From an uncultured Methanomicrobiales archaeon (lineage in GTDB: Archaea > Halobacteriota > Methanomicrobia > Methanomicrobiales > Methanospirillaceae), in the NCBI GenBank assembly GCA_963758915.1, contig CAVWXH010000002.1, positions 120,378 through 184,377 on the forward strand: a DNA stretch of 64,000 bases. Direction: 5' to 3'. The notes under the pieces were generated by a model. The model saw nothing but the letters and a program-made list of their open reading frames with translations. It was not told the origin of the DNA and did no database searches. Positions 42,862-53,338 of the stretch are shown here, in pieces (position 1 is the first letter of the stretch; every line of letters begins with the position of its first letter). A program made the translations under genes and the position numbers.

Positions 42862-43047
42862 ACAACCTGCCTCTTTTCCTGTTAATAGCGGCATTTTGGG
42901 TAGTTAATTATTAAATGGTAGCAACACGGTTTTTCAAGTACCCTGCCTGCTACACAATGAAGGCACTTATTGCCGACCTGAAACCCGGATATGGAAAAGT
43001 ATTAATACAGGTGTCACTAAGTCACGCCGTATACCATTTTATGGAGT

Positions 43048-43404
43048 GTGCAGACTGGTATGCCGGAAGCAACAAAGACTGAAGTGGGCAGGAGGTTATT
43101 CCAGGTCCACAGGGAGAAAGGTGTTGAGAATGCAATAAAAAAGATACACCATGGTATCGGGGATGACTGGAAGCTGTTCACTGAAGGTGATATTAAGGTA
43201 CTCGAACGGATGCTCGGGGAGTGCTGGGTGTATATCGACAGCGGTGTATGGGATACGATTGCATTTTCCCAGTTAAAGTATACCGATGTCCTGCATATTA
43301 TACAGATTGGAAACTCGGGTAAGGGCAAGGACTCAACTGACACGAAAGCAGTCAATGATGTGACTGCAATACTGACTGGGACAGCCGGAAAAGCGGTAAA
43401 ATGA
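43048..43404 (+). CDS. Hypothetical protein
   Basis: 118-aa ORF with ordinary globular composition filling the gap before the convergent ATPase operon. Confidence 0.65.
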   Translation: MQTGMPEATKTEVGRRLFQVHREKGVENAIKKIHHGIGDDWKLFTEGDIKVLERMLGECWVYIDSGVWDTIAFSQLKYTDVLHIIQIGNSGKGKDSTDTKAVNDVTAILTGTAGKAVK

Positions 43405-43430
43405 TTACCGGGCATTTCCGGAATGCAGGG

Positions 43431-44078
43431 TCACATTTTTTTCCGGCTTAGCTTCTTCCTTTCCAGGATCTTTTTAACTTTTTTAAGGCGGAACAGGTCC
43501 TCACGTTCACGCTCATCGATAGTAATCCTGATATATTTCGCCTGTCTCTGCAATTCCGGTATCAGGACCTGTTCAAGTGCGTTAACCCGCCTCCGGTTCA
43601 TCTGGATCTCTTCCCCAAGACGGCGGAGTGCCGTCTCAGTCTCTGCGAGGCCGGTGATCAGGTCCAGTTCATGTTCATAATTTTCTGCAACCTCATCAAT
43701 ACGCCCGGATACCCCGGTAATGCTGTAACCCCGGTCAAGTACACTTAATACCATGCTTTTCTTTTCAATGACCGGCACCGGAACGCCCATGATATTCCGG
43801 CCATGAATGTCCAGGGTAACAAAACGTTTGGTGGCAAATGATGCTGACCGGAGAGCGATACTATCATCCACGGCCTGTGCAATTACGAGCGAACGCTGGG
43901 CATTCTCCGCAATCACCTCGAGTTCGTCACGGGAACGGGATACCGTCCCCATAATCCTGAAGAACTCGTTGATCAGTGCGTCCATTTTCTGGCGTAACAG
44001 GTCCTTCCCCTGCTCAGCCAGTCGTATCTGGGTCTTTTTCTTCAGGAGTTCCATCCTGGTAGGGTTCACCTGCTCCAT
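43431..44078 (-). CDS. atpD: V/A-type ATP synthase subunit D
   Basis: VNPTRMELL...LLRQKMDAL...NIMGVPVP...RRRVNALE motifs. Confidence 0.95.
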   Translation of the reverse strand: MEQVNPTRMELLKKKTQIRLAEQGKDLLRQKMDALINEFFRIMGTVSRSRDELEVIAENAQRSLVIAQAVDDSIALRSASFATKRFVTLDIHGRNIMGVPVPVIEKKSMVLSVLDRGYSITGVSGRIDEVAENYEHELDLITGLAETETALRRLGEEIQMNRRRVNALEQVLIPELQRQAKYIRITIDEREREDLFRLKKVKKILERKKLSRKKM

Positions 44079-44082
44079 TGAC

Positions 44083-45480
44083 TCATCCCACCCGGTATGC
44101 CGGGTGATATTTCCTGATGTAGTCAAGCTTCACGCGTTTTAATTCCTCTTCCGGAAGACCAGCAAACAATTCCCATCCAATTTCAAGGGTCTGGTGAATA
44201 CTCCGATCTTCTGAACCCTGCGAAATGAATTTCCTCTCGAAATCATCGGCAAATTTCAGGTACTTCCTGTCAAGATCGGTCAGTGCCTCTTCGCCGACAA
44301 TGGCAACGAGTCGCCTGAGGTCCCGCCCGTATGCATATGATGCGTAGAGCTGGTCAGCAACATTCCGGTGGTCTTCCCTCGTTTTATCCATGCCAATCCC
44401 GAGGTTCATCAGGCGGGACAGGCACGGGAGAACATCCACGGGGGGGTCGATACCCCGCCTGAACAGGTCACGCGAAAGGACAATCTGCCCTTCCGTGATG
44501 TACCCGGTAAGGTCAGGGACCGGGTGGGTAATATCATCGTCGGGCATCGTGAGGATCGGTAACTGGGTAATCGACCCGGTTTTACCCTTGATCCTTCCCG
44601 CCCGTTCGTAGATGGAGGCAAGATCGGTATACATGTAACCGGGATAACCACGCCGGCCCGGCACTTCCTCGCGGGCCGTGGAGATCTCCCGGAGCGCCTC
44701 ACAATAATTGGTCATGTCAGTGAGAATAACAAGTACATGGAGGTTATGGTGGTAGGCGAGGTATTCGGCAACTGACAGGGCAACCCTTGGCGTGGCAATC
44801 CGCTCGATGGTCGGGTCGTCCGCAAGGTTGAGGAAGAACACCACCCGTTCGAGTGCCCCGGTATTTTCAAAGTCCTTCATAAAGAACGAAGCCTCTTTGT
44901 GGGTAATTCCCATTGCAGTAAATATCACTGCAAACTGCTCCTGGCTTCCAAGAACTTTTGCCTGCCTGGCGATCTGTGCGGCCAGCTTGTTTGCCGGAAG
45001 GCCGGAGCCCGAAAAAATAGGCAATTTCTGACCCCGGACAAGCGTATTGAGGCCATCTATCGTCGATATACCAGTCTGGATAAAATCTGACGGCTTATCA
45101 CGTGAATAGGGGTTTATTGGCATACCGGAGATATCCACGGTCTCATCTGCCATAATATCCGGTTTCCCGTCTCTCGGTTTTCCTACCCCGGAGAACACCC
45201 GGCCCAGCATGTCAAGGGAGACGTTTATCTGGGGAAGCTCCCCGGTAAAACGGACTGCGGTCTTTAAATTATCAACCCCGCTTGTCCCTTCAAATACCTG
45301 GACCACTGCAAGCTCACGTGAGACTTCAAGCACCTGACCAGACCGTTCCTCCCCAGAAGGAAGGGTGATAATTGCAGTTTCACCAAATGCGACATTACGG
45401 GGGTTTTCGACAAAGATCAATGGCCCGGAGACATAGGAGACAGAACGGTATTCCCTCGTTGAGAGGTCAAAGCCTGACAT
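44083..45480 (-). CDS. atpB: V/A-type ATP synthase subunit B
   Basis: [32 protein letters not shown] and [15 protein letters not shown] motifs. Confidence 0.97.
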   Translation of the reverse strand: MSGFDLSTREYRSVSYVSGPLIFVENPRNVAFGETAIITLPSGEERSGQVLEVSRELAVVQVFEGTSGVDNLKTAVRFTGELPQINVSLDMLGRVFSGVGKPRDGKPDIMADETVDISGMPINPYSRDKPSDFIQTGISTIDGLNTLVRGQKLPIFSGSGLPANKLAAQIARQAKVLGSQEQFAVIFTAMGITHKEASFFMKDFENTGALERVVFFLNLADDPTIERIATPRVALSVAEYLAYHHNLHVLVILTDMTNYCEALREISTAREEVPGRRGYPGYMYTDLASIYERAGRIKGKTGSITQLPILTMPDDDITHPVPDLTGYITEGQIVLSRDLFRRGIDPPVDVLPCLSRLMNLGIGMDKTREDHRNVADQLYASYAYGRDLRRLVAIVGEEALTDLDRKYLKFADDFERKFISQGSEDRSIHQTLEIGWELFAGLPEEELKRVKLDYIRKYHPAYRVG

Positions 45481-47220
45481 TTAGCGTTGCACCTCCAGTG
45501 TCTTCATCCGTTCTGCGATGGCCCCCGTAAGCACCTGCAGCTGTGCAGAATCGGATACTTCCTTCATTCTTGAGATCTCGCTCCGCTCAGGTATTCCCAT
45601 GACCTGTTTCAGCGTTATCCCCTGGCCCATCTTCACCGATGCCTCCCTGTGGAAGGTGTGGATTATCTTAAGCATCCAGTACCGTTTATCGAGCGGGCAA
45701 TAGGAGTCAACATCGCTGTACGCGCTCTGCTGGAGGAAATCTTCCCTGATCATCCTTGTTACTTCGAGAATCAGCTTCTCGCTTTCCGGAAGTGCATCGG
45801 GACCTACCAGCTGGACGATCTCCAGCAACTCGATCTCTTTCTGGAGCAGGTACATCGTCTGGTCACGTATCCCCATCCAGTCAGGGGCGATGTTGTTTGT
45901 ATACCATCCCTTCAGGCTCTCGAGGTATAACGAGTAACTTTTTATCCAGTTGACTGAGGGGAAATGCCGCCTGTTGGCAAGGCTTGTGTCGAGGGCCCAG
46001 AACGTCCCTGCAATCCGGAGCGTGTTCTGGGTAATCGGTTCTGAAAAGTCCCCGCCGGGAGGTGAAACAGCCCCGACAATCGTGACTGACCCGGTATCTT
46101 CGCGGTTTCCAAGGCACATCACCCGCCCTGCACGTTCGTAAAATGCAGCGAGTCGTGTGGCAAGATACGCGGGATACCCCTCCTCACCGGGCATCTCTTC
46201 AAGCCGGCCTGATACCTCGCGGAGTGCCTCTCCCCAGCGGGAGGTGGAATCCGCCATCAGGGCAACATCATATCCCATGTCCCGGTAATACTCGCCCATG
46301 GTGATCCCGGTATAAATAGATGCTTCACGGGCGGCGACCGGCATATTAGAGGTATTAGCGACCATTATCGTCCTCTGGATGAGGGGCAGATCGGTCCTTG
46401 GATCGACAAGTTCGGGAAATTCAGTAAGCACATCAGTCATCTCATTCCCGCGTTCCCCGCAGCCGATATAGACGATAATGCGGGCATCTGCCCATTTCGC
46501 GAGGGTCTGTTCTGAAACAGTTTTACCAGTCCCGAACCCTCCCGGGATCATGGCGGTTCCACCCTTGGTAAGGGGGAACAGGCTGTCAAAAACCCGCTGG
46601 CCCGTGAGGAGCGGGACTTCCGGGTCAAGTTTCCTTTTATAAGGGCGCTCCTTTCTCACCGGCCAGGTCTGCATCATCCGCAGTTCCGTTCCGTCACCGA
46701 GGGTGCATACGGTCTCCTCTACCGTGAATTTACCCCCGTGGATCTCACGCACAGTTCCGGAATGTCCGGGGGGGACCATGATACGGTGTTCGATATGGAA
46801 TTCCTGGACGGTCCCGATTATGTCACCCCCGCTGACCGGGTCTCCAGCCGTTACCAGGGGGACAAACTCCCATTTTTTCGCCCTGTCAAGGCCGGGAACA
46901 GAGATCCCGCGGGAAATAAAACTCCCTGATAGTTCAGCAAGTACCGAAAGCGGACGCTGGACACCATCGTAGATCGATGATATCAGTCCCGGGCCGAGTT
47001 CCACTGACAGGGGTATCCCGGTGTTTACTACCGGCTCACCGGCCTTCAGCCCGGACGTGTCCTCGTAGACCTGTATAACCGCATTTTCACCGTCAAGCCT
47101 GATTACCTCCCCGGCCAGGGCCTTTTCTCCGACCCTGACCACATCATACATCCTTGAACCCCGCATCGATTCGGCGAGGATGACCGGGCCGGATATCTTT
47201 GAAATTGCTCCTTGTATCAA
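45481..47220 (-). CDS. atpA: V/A-type ATP synthase subunit A
   Basis: P-loop [28 protein letters not shown] and PPGGDFSEP motifs; no intein. Confidence 0.97.
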   Translation of the reverse strand: MIQGAISKISGPVILAESMRGSRMYDVVRVGEKALAGEVIRLDGENAVIQVYEDTSGLKAGEPVVNTGIPLSVELGPGLISSIYDGVQRPLSVLAELSGSFISRGISVPGLDRAKKWEFVPLVTAGDPVSGGDIIGTVQEFHIEHRIMVPPGHSGTVREIHGGKFTVEETVCTLGDGTELRMMQTWPVRKERPYKRKLDPEVPLLTGQRVFDSLFPLTKGGTAMIPGGFGTGKTVSEQTLAKWADARIIVYIGCGERGNEMTDVLTEFPELVDPRTDLPLIQRTIMVANTSNMPVAAREASIYTGITMGEYYRDMGYDVALMADSTSRWGEALREVSGRLEEMPGEEGYPAYLATRLAAFYERAGRVMCLGNREDTGSVTIVGAVSPPGGDFSEPITQNTLRIAGTFWALDTSLANRRHFPSVNWIKSYSLYLESLKGWYTNNIAPDWMGIRDQTMYLLQKEIELLEIVQLVGPDALPESEKLILEVTRMIREDFLQQSAYSDVDSYCPLDKRYWMLKIIHTFHREASVKMGQGITLKQVMGIPERSEISRMKEVSDSAQLQVLTGAIAERMKTLEVQR

Positions 47221-47222
47221 AC

Positions 47223-47543
47223 TTATCGCCTCACCACAATGTTGTACCCGATTGCCCGGCGCAGGAGCCGCTCGATATACGTTTCTGACATAACCTTTTT
47301 CGCACGGCCCGGGATCGGGATGATAATCGGCCTGTACGTCTTATCAATCCTCGCCAGCAGTTCAGGATCCAGTACCGACATGAACTCCTCACTCACCCCG
47401 ATAATACCGGTATCATCAGCATCCAGGAGTGGTGGGATTAACTTTCTTGCCTCCTCCGGGGTGGAAACCTCAATTACTTCCACTCCTGCAAGGCGAAATC
47501 CCGCCGCAGTCTCAGGGTCCGTGACAATTACGTATTTATACAT
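47223..47543 (-). CDS. atpF: V/A-type ATP synthase subunit F
   Basis: [13 protein letters not shown]...RRAIG motifs. Confidence 0.93.
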   Translation of the reverse strand: MYKYVIVTDPETAAGFRLAGVEVIEVSTPEEARKLIPPLLDADDTGIIGVSEEFMSVLDPELLARIDKTYRPIIIPIPGRAKKVMSETYIERLLRRAIGYNIVVRR

Positions 47544-48585
47544 AGAAAATCTCCGACTCCATCAGTTCATCCGGCATTCCGGCCTCCCTGCAGCGGGCAA
47601 TAACCCTGATGTTCGTAATTTCATTGAGTTTTGCCCAAAGATAACCGATCACGATGGTAAATGAGAACGGGTCACCACGGAACATCGCGGCCCCATTTCT
47701 AATCAGGAAGCGGTCAAGTTCCTTTTCAATGACTGATATCTTTCCCAGGGAGACTTCGATATCCGGAATATTCATAAGAAAACGGTACGACGTCGGCTCA
47801 AGGAGACGGACGGCATCAGGTATTTTTTTTGCCTGTAACATATTTTGAATAATCTTATGGTCGATCTCTTTTCCTCCTTTGAGGATAAGCGGGGCTGCAT
47901 CGTCTGGCGAAACTGAATCACGGACCATTATTAACGCCGTCTTGATATTCCGGACATCAATTTCAGTCCCGATGAGGTCCCTGAAAATCCTGTCATCGTG
48001 GCGTTTTCCACTTAATTCCTTTAAGGCTGACTCAAAATAGTACTCGTCAAGTGCATACTCGAGCATTCCTATCTCGTTCCGTTCAGAAAATTCGCCGATA
48101 TTTCTTGTCAGGGGAAGGGCATACTCGATACCCCATGTCGCCATCAGGTCAACAACGGCACGGATATCAGGCTGTTTTACCAGTTCAATCAGGGTCGTTT
48201 CGTCCATCGTACCGGCAGGGATAAGACAGCCTGATATCTCCTCGTTTGGCGTCTGGATATTTTTACCCCGGATTATCGTTTTTATATTCTGGACGTCCCA
48301 TTTTTTTAAGAATATAACGATATAGCGTGCTGATTTTTCCCCTTCCACGAGTGCGAGGATCTTCCGGTAGGTCTTCATAAGGTTCTTCCGGAGGGCATAC
48401 TCAATGCAGCTGATCCCGGTATGCAGTATTCGTGCCTCAACGATCTCTTCATGGTAGGGCGTCTTCTCCAGCTCGGTAATGATACCATCCAGGGACGGCT
48501 GGGCAATCAGCCGCTCGAACCCGTGGGTAGTGATAAGGCGGCTTGACATGCCATGGACACGTGCATTCACATACTCAACGTACAT
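47536..48585 (-). CDS. atpC: V/A-type ATP synthase subunit C
   Basis: YVNARVHGM...WDVQNIKTIIRG...EITNIRVIAR motifs. Confidence 0.92.
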   Translation of the reverse strand: MYVEYVNARVHGMSSRLITTHGFERLIAQPSLDGIITELEKTPYHEEIVEARILHTGISCIEYALRKNLMKTYRKILALVEGEKSARYIVIFLKKWDVQNIKTIIRGKNIQTPNEEISGCLIPAGTMDETTLIELVKQPDIRAVVDLMATWGIEYALPLTRNIGEFSERNEIGMLEYALDEYYFESALKELSGKRHDDRIFRDLIGTEIDVRNIKTALIMVRDSVSPDDAAPLILKGGKEIDHKIIQNMLQAKKIPDAVRLLEPTSYRFLMNIPDIEVSLGKISVIEKELDRFLIRNGAAMFRGDPFSFTIVIGYLWAKLNEITNIRVIARCREAGMPDELMESEIFYV

Positions 48586-49173
48586 CCGGGTCACCGTAGA
48601 GTCCCGAAAATACGACTATTTTCATACGTTCCTTTGCCCTGGCAAGGCGGTCCTCAATCGGTATTCCGGATAATAATCTTTCCATCAGGGGATGAACCGT
48701 TCAGTCCACCACCGGTAATGAGATCGGTGACTATTTCCAACTCCTTTCCGGTGTCTTTGATACATTGCCGGCACAGTGCCTCATCTTTTTTATCGATATG
48801 GAGGCGGATTTTTTCGCTGTCAAGCGATTCGGTTATCTCGGCCAGCACTGCCTTGAAAAAAGCCCCATATGACGGGTTTGAAGCGTAATGACGAGAGCCG
48901 TTCATCAGCTTCCTGGAAAACCTGCAGGCAGGCCTCCTGGCGTGCCCGTGTCAGGTGATCTTTTACCTGTTCACGTGCCGAATAGATTTTTTTATTCTTT
49001 TCTACGTTTATCCTTCGTTCCGTTTCAGTGAGCAGATCCTTTCGTAACTGTGCAGACTCTGTCTCTGCACGTTCCTGAATTTCGCGAATTTCACGGTCTT
49101 TACTCTCCCTGAAATCCCGAAGTTTTTCCTCTGCACCATCTTCAATTGCCTGGATCAGGTGGTCATATTTCAT
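48575..49173 (-). CDS. atpE: V/A-type ATP synthase subunit E, two apparent +1 frameshifts (~48880, ~48660)
   Basis: Coiled-coil N-half, then GGLNGSSPDGKIIIRNT-IEDRL after frame correction; position between K and C. Confidence 0.8.
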
Positions 49174-49240
49174 AAGACCTGACCGTTACCTCCCCACCCG
49201 CTGTCCTACCCTTCTGACAACAGGGAACTTTTTTTGTTCC

Positions 49241-49275
49241 GGGGTAATCCGGGTGAACACACACCCGGATACCCC
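49241..49275 (-). terminator. Strong hairpin downstream of the c-subunit gene (terminator or mRNA stabiliser)
   Basis: GGGGT-A-ATCCGGGTG / CACCCGGAT-ACCCC inverted repeat. Confidence 0.55.
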
Positions 49276-49301
49276 CTCTCCGATACAGGATAACGAGGAC
49301 C

Positions 49302-49517
49302 TTACTTGACCATGATTACGATCATGGACGCAACTACAAAGCCCAGAATAACCATCGTTTCAGGGATTGCTTCCAGCACAATCATTGAGCCTGCTGATTC
49401 AGGCCTTTCTGCTATAGTCGCAGCTCCCGCAGCACCGATCCTTGATTGCGCCCAGCCAGTCGCGATTGCGCCACCGGCAAATGCAATCGCAGCTCCAAAT
49501 GCAACTTCCATCGCCAA
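49302..49517 (-). CDS. atpK: V/A-type ATP synthase subunit K (c, single hairpin)
   Basis: GWAQSRIGAAG...ERPE...IPETMVILG with the conserved Glu. Confidence 0.95.
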   Translation of the reverse strand: MAMEVAFGAAIAFAGGAIATGWAQSRIGAAGAATIAERPESAGSMIVLEAIPETMVILGFVVASMIVIMVK

Positions 49518-49547
49518 TTTACAACACCTCTAATCCGTTACAGTGCT

Positions 49548-49563
49548 CTTATATTATATAAAG
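49548..49563 (-). promoter_or_regulatory. Putative internal TATA box upstream of atpK
   Basis: TTATATAATATAA in the AT-rich I-K gap, followed by AGAGGTG SD. Confidence 0.5.
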
Positions 49564-49620
49564 TTTAATAATAGAAAAGTTCTTTATTTTCATTTTTTTT
49601 TAAAAAACGACCATGGAAGC

Positions 49621-51561
49621 CTACTTCTTACCCTCGCTCAGCCCGGGTTTGTCTCCAGGGCTGAAAGGATGGTAGGGTAGTCCTCCCCCATGATAGAATT
49701 TAGAATGGAACTCAACGACATGCAGCCGTATACTATGGATAGACGGGCTGAACATCCCAAGCATCAGGTTGAGGGTGTGGAGTAATACCGCAATAAGGAT
49801 ACCAACCGCAAGCACTTCCATTGAGCCGCCCAGTTCATTCGCAACCATGGCAAGTATGACTGAGGCCATTCCAATCGCCATCAGGCGGGCATAGGAGAGA
49901 ATATTTCCCACCGTACCCATAATCTCAATAGCGCCGCCAGTACCGCCACCATAAATAACGAGTACAACGGTTAAACCAAGGAAAACAATGACCGGAATAA
50001 GTAATGCCCCGGGTATCATCTCTATTATTATTCCGACTAACAGCAGCAGGCAGAAAATGACACCTATCATCCCGCACTTTTCGCAGGCATGCCGGTGATT
50101 CTTGCGGGTCATCGAATTGATGAACCCGAGGATAAGTCCCAGGACAACATGGAATACCCCAATCGCTATGGCCAGGATAAGCAGCGGCACCATTGCCTCT
50201 ATACGGTTCCATGTGACCCCGAACAGGGTAACAGGCTCAATCCAGCCCATCATCTCGCCAAAATTTCCGAAAAATTCCCCGAAAATAAACCCGAAAAAGA
50301 TGGCCGGAAAGGATGAAATGATCAGGATGCCCGATATCTGTCGAAGCCATGGTACCGCCTCGAAACGGAACCTGATGAATAACCCTGCGACGAGGATCAG
50401 GATGCCATACCCGATATCGCCTACAATAATCCCGAAAAATATCGGGAAAAAAATAGCAAGGAGGGGGGAAGGGTCGATCTCGTTGTATTGCGGAGGGCTT
50501 GCAAGTTTCATCAGGAATTCAAACGGACGAACCCACCGGGGGTTATCATAGGATATGGGGGCCCGGTCCATCATCTCTGCCGTAGCGTCTGTTTCAGTCA
50601 TTACCACGCGGCCCTGGAATGTTTCATCCAGCATATCCCGTGTCTTCTGAATAAGTTTTTGCGGGACCCAGCCACGGATCATCACGGTATAATCCGTTTC
50701 ACCGAAGTTGTTATATGCACTAAGTTCTTCGCCCCGTTCTTTGAGGACCTTTTGTAGGGCAACCAGCTCGTGGTACCATTCCTGCGAGACACGGTTGAGC
50801 TCGTTGTTGATGTTTTCTTCCTCTGACTGGGCCTCCCGGCGGTTTTTGTTTATCAGTAACATCGCCTTGTCAAGCGGCATGTTTGAGTAATCTGCGGGTA
50901 TCCGGACTTCATTAATATTTTTGGAGAAGAGGAAGCGGTGAACGTTTTCTGAATAATTTTTATTGAATACAGCAATTACTGCAATTGTCTTTTCGTCCAG
51001 GTCAGCCGATATCAGTTCAAACTGGTCATTGGTAATATCTGATAGCGCCGGACGGATGATATCGAGGACATCCTCGTATTCTTTCTGTATTACAAGGACC
51101 GTAACTTCATATCCATGGAGTATCGGAAGTTGTTGTTCGAGCGGTTGGATTTTATCGATGATTTTCTCGTACCGGTTCAGTCCGGCGATGGTAATCTCAA
51201 GGTCGCTCTTTTTTGTTGACAGGTTTCTTGTCGTTTCCCCGACAATATCAACAACACGACCTGCCCTCGCCAGGACATCCGGCGTTGACAACTGGTGAAT
51301 ATCTTCATAGAGGTGGAGCGAGCGATTGGAGTTGTCCTTTATTGCTGGTAACAGTAGTGAGATACCTTCAATTGAAGCTAGAATCACCGGGATATCAGTC
51401 ATGGTGCCGGTAACGATTTTTCGTACATTCCCGCTTTCCGGTTGAAGGTACTGGCTCACCTCTTCGAGGTGGATTATCCCCATGTGGTATAGTACATCGA
51501 CGATCCGACTGAAGTCCTGTTTTGGACCCACCACCAGCACGCTCTTCATTTTCTGTATCAT
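49621..51561 (-). CDS. atpI: V/A-type ATP synthase subunit I (a)
   Basis: GWVP, PQYNEIDP, GDIGYG, LSYARLMA (essential Arg) and IRLHVVEF motifs. Confidence 0.95.
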   Translation of the reverse strand: MIQKMKSVLVVGPKQDFSRIVDVLYHMGIIHLEEVSQYLQPESGNVRKIVTGTMTDIPVILASIEGISLLLPAIKDNSNRSLHLYEDIHQLSTPDVLARAGRVVDIVGETTRNLSTKKSDLEITIAGLNRYEKIIDKIQPLEQQLPILHGYEVTVLVIQKEYEDVLDIIRPALSDITNDQFELISADLDEKTIAVIAVFNKNYSENVHRFLFSKNINEVRIPADYSNMPLDKAMLLINKNRREAQSEEENINNELNRVSQEWYHELVALQKVLKERGEELSAYNNFGETDYTVMIRGWVPQKLIQKTRDMLDETFQGRVVMTETDATAEMMDRAPISYDNPRWVRPFEFLMKLASPPQYNEIDPSPLLAIFFPIFFGIIVGDIGYGILILVAGLFIRFRFEAVPWLRQISGILIISSFPAIFFGFIFGEFFGNFGEMMGWIEPVTLFGVTWNRIEAMVPLLILAIAIGVFHVVLGLILGFINSMTRKNHRHACEKCGMIGVIFCLLLLVGIIIEMIPGALLIPVIVFLGLTVVLVIYGGGTGGAIEIMGTVGNILSYARLMAIGMASVILAMVANELGGSMEVLAVGILIAVLLHTLNLMLGMFSPSIHSIRLHVVEFHSKFYHGGGLPYHPFSPGDKPGLSEGKK

Positions 51562-51567
51562 ACCAGC

Positions 51568-51957
51568 TTACCCTTTACCGATCTCCCGGAACACCCTGTC
51601 GACGACCCCGTTAAACCTCTGCTCCTTCCTTTCCCGGTCAAGGCGTACCATCTGCTCACCTTCACCGAGGATCCGCTCAACATCAGTATTGATACGGTCC
51701 ATCGCCTCACGCCAGACAGAATCTGCTTCAGTCTGCCCGAGAGAACGCTCCCGGGAAAGCCTGGACTCTGCTTCCTTCCGGGTGTTTTCAACATCTGTGA
51801 TATACTGCTGCCTGGAAGCTTCAATCCTCGCGTTCTGCTCCTCTTCCTTGGCACGGATCTGCTCGAGGAGTGACTCCTCGGAATTGATATAATTTTTAGA
51901 GGCAGATGCCGCATCCCCGGTGCTTTTATCGGTCCCGACGATCTTCTTTTTGTCCAT
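51568..51957 (-). CDS. V/A-type ATP synthase subunit H/G (peripheral stalk)
   Basis: Charged coiled coil LLEQIRAKEEE...; first position in the operon; AGGAGG SD before ATG 51957. Confidence 0.75.
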   Translation of the reverse strand: MDKKKIVGTDKSTGDAASASKNYINSEESLLEQIRAKEEEQNARIEASRQQYITDVENTRKEAESRLSRERSLGQTEADSVWREAMDRINTDVERILGEGEQMVRLDRERKEQRFNGVVDRVFREIGKG

Positions 51958-51970
51958 ACCTTCCTCCTGT

Positions 51971-52144
51971 TCACAGTCCATGATGCCGTTTCAGGAAGGA
52001 GGTGATCCCGCAATGCGGTGCAGGGTTGAATACCCGCTCACCTGCTGCACCACGCTTCCGTTCCCCTTCTGCTACCCGCTCTGAGCACCTCTTTAACGCC
52101 ATTGCCTTTATTTTCTCGATCTGCTCCATCTGCGGGCTTACCAT
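51971..52144 (-). CDS. Possible 57-aa protein at the head of the ATPase operon
   Basis: Hand translation MVSPQMEQIEKIKAMALKRCSERVAEGERKRGAAGERVFNPAPHCGITSFLKRHHGL; GGTGA SD and TATA-rich region upstream. Confidence 0.45.
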   Translation of the reverse strand: MVSPQMEQIEKIKAMALKRCSERVAEGERKRGAAGERVFNPAPHCGITSFLKRHHGL

Positions 52145-52543
52145 ACCAGCATCACCAGAATAACCTGTCGCTTATACAATTATTTTTATTATATATATAA
52201 ATTATGTATAATCGCCCTGATAATTGGGTAATATTTTTGTAGTTTTCTCCTTTTATCAGGGTTAGCGCGCGTTTTCCATCAATTCCTTTTCAACCGGACC
52301 TTAACCTATAGGATTAATAGTCAAGACCTCCATCACACCAGGGGTATATTTCCTGGCCGGGATACCAAGGTACATAAGGAATAGTGCTGCCTTGAAACGA
52401 GGTTTCTTTCAACAATTTCCAGATATACTTCGCTTTTTTGAGAACGGGCATGCCTTCGGCATTTACAATAAAAAATCCCCCCGAAGAATTAGTGGTGTTC
52501 CGGGTCTGTGTAAGCCCTGCCAGAAAAAGATTGCCGGCTTGTA

Positions 52544-53314
52544 TCAGACCAGGCCAGTAAATGTCGAATACGTGAACGCCGCGGCAACAATGACGAGCAT
52601 AGCAATCACGGCATAATCAGGTCCATTAAGATGCCGTTCACGTACCGGGGTCCTTAACTTCGTCCGGTACCCCCTGAGGTCAATGGTAAGGCCGAGTACG
52701 TTCGACCGGGAGAGCGAGTTTGAGACCAGCGGGACCATGACCGGTGCTATACTCCGGATCTTCCCGCCCACACCGGAGCCAGGGTTATAACCCCGTGCCA
52801 GCTGGGCCTCGTGGATCCTGTGCCCCTCGATCTGGAGCGTGGGGATGAAGCGGAGCGCTATCACAAACATCAGGGTGTAATCAACAGGGACCTTCATCCG
52901 CTCGAGGGTATGGACAAGGTCCCGCGGCTGGGTAGACAATACGAAGAGCTGGATCGCCGTGATGAGCACGGCAAACCGGAGTGTCATGATAATACCGATG
53001 AGGAGACCCCCGGTCGTTATCGGAATAATACCCCCTATCACGAAAAGCGTGGTGCCGCCGGGAAGCGTTATGACCGTAATAACGATCAGGATTACACTCA
53101 TCACGGCAATGAGGACAAACTGCCTGAGCACCTCGCGGTGGAGCCCGGCGATGAAGGCGATGATGAGCAGGGCAATAATTACGCTGACAAGGAATGGAAT
53201 GCTGGTCGAAACGACGCTCATCAAGCCAACCGTAATTACAAACAGGATCTTTGTCAGTGGTGCAAGACGGTGGAAGAACCCGTCCTTCTGGACATATCCG
53301 AGGATCTCAGTCAC
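52544..53314 (-). CDS. ecfT: ECF transporter transmembrane T component
   Basis: FFHRLAPLTK...ALRFIP...AQLARG...DLRGY motifs. Confidence 0.92.
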   Translation of the reverse strand: MTEILGYVQKDGFFHRLAPLTKILFVITVGLMSVVSTSIPFLVSVIIALLIIAFIAGLHREVLRQFVLIAVMSVILIVITVITLPGGTTLFVIGGIIPITTGGLLIGIIMTLRFAVLITAIQLFVLSTQPRDLVHTLERMKVPVDYTLMFVIALRFIPTLQIEGHRIHEAQLARGYNPGSGVGGKIRSIAPVMVPLVSNSLSRSNVLGLTIDLRGYRTKLRTPVRERHLNGPDYAVIAMLVIVAAAFTYSTFTGLV

Positions 53315-53338
53315 GGGCTCACTCCCGGCGTTAGTACA

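Noticed and set aside
48575-49173. Programmed frameshifting in atpE
   Set aside because: No slippery heptamer at either site, and similar single-base indels occur across the window, so sequence error is more likely.
51558-52013. 151-aa alternative-frame ORF over ATPase subunit H
   Set aside because: Overlaps the better-supported charged coiled-coil frame that has an SD.
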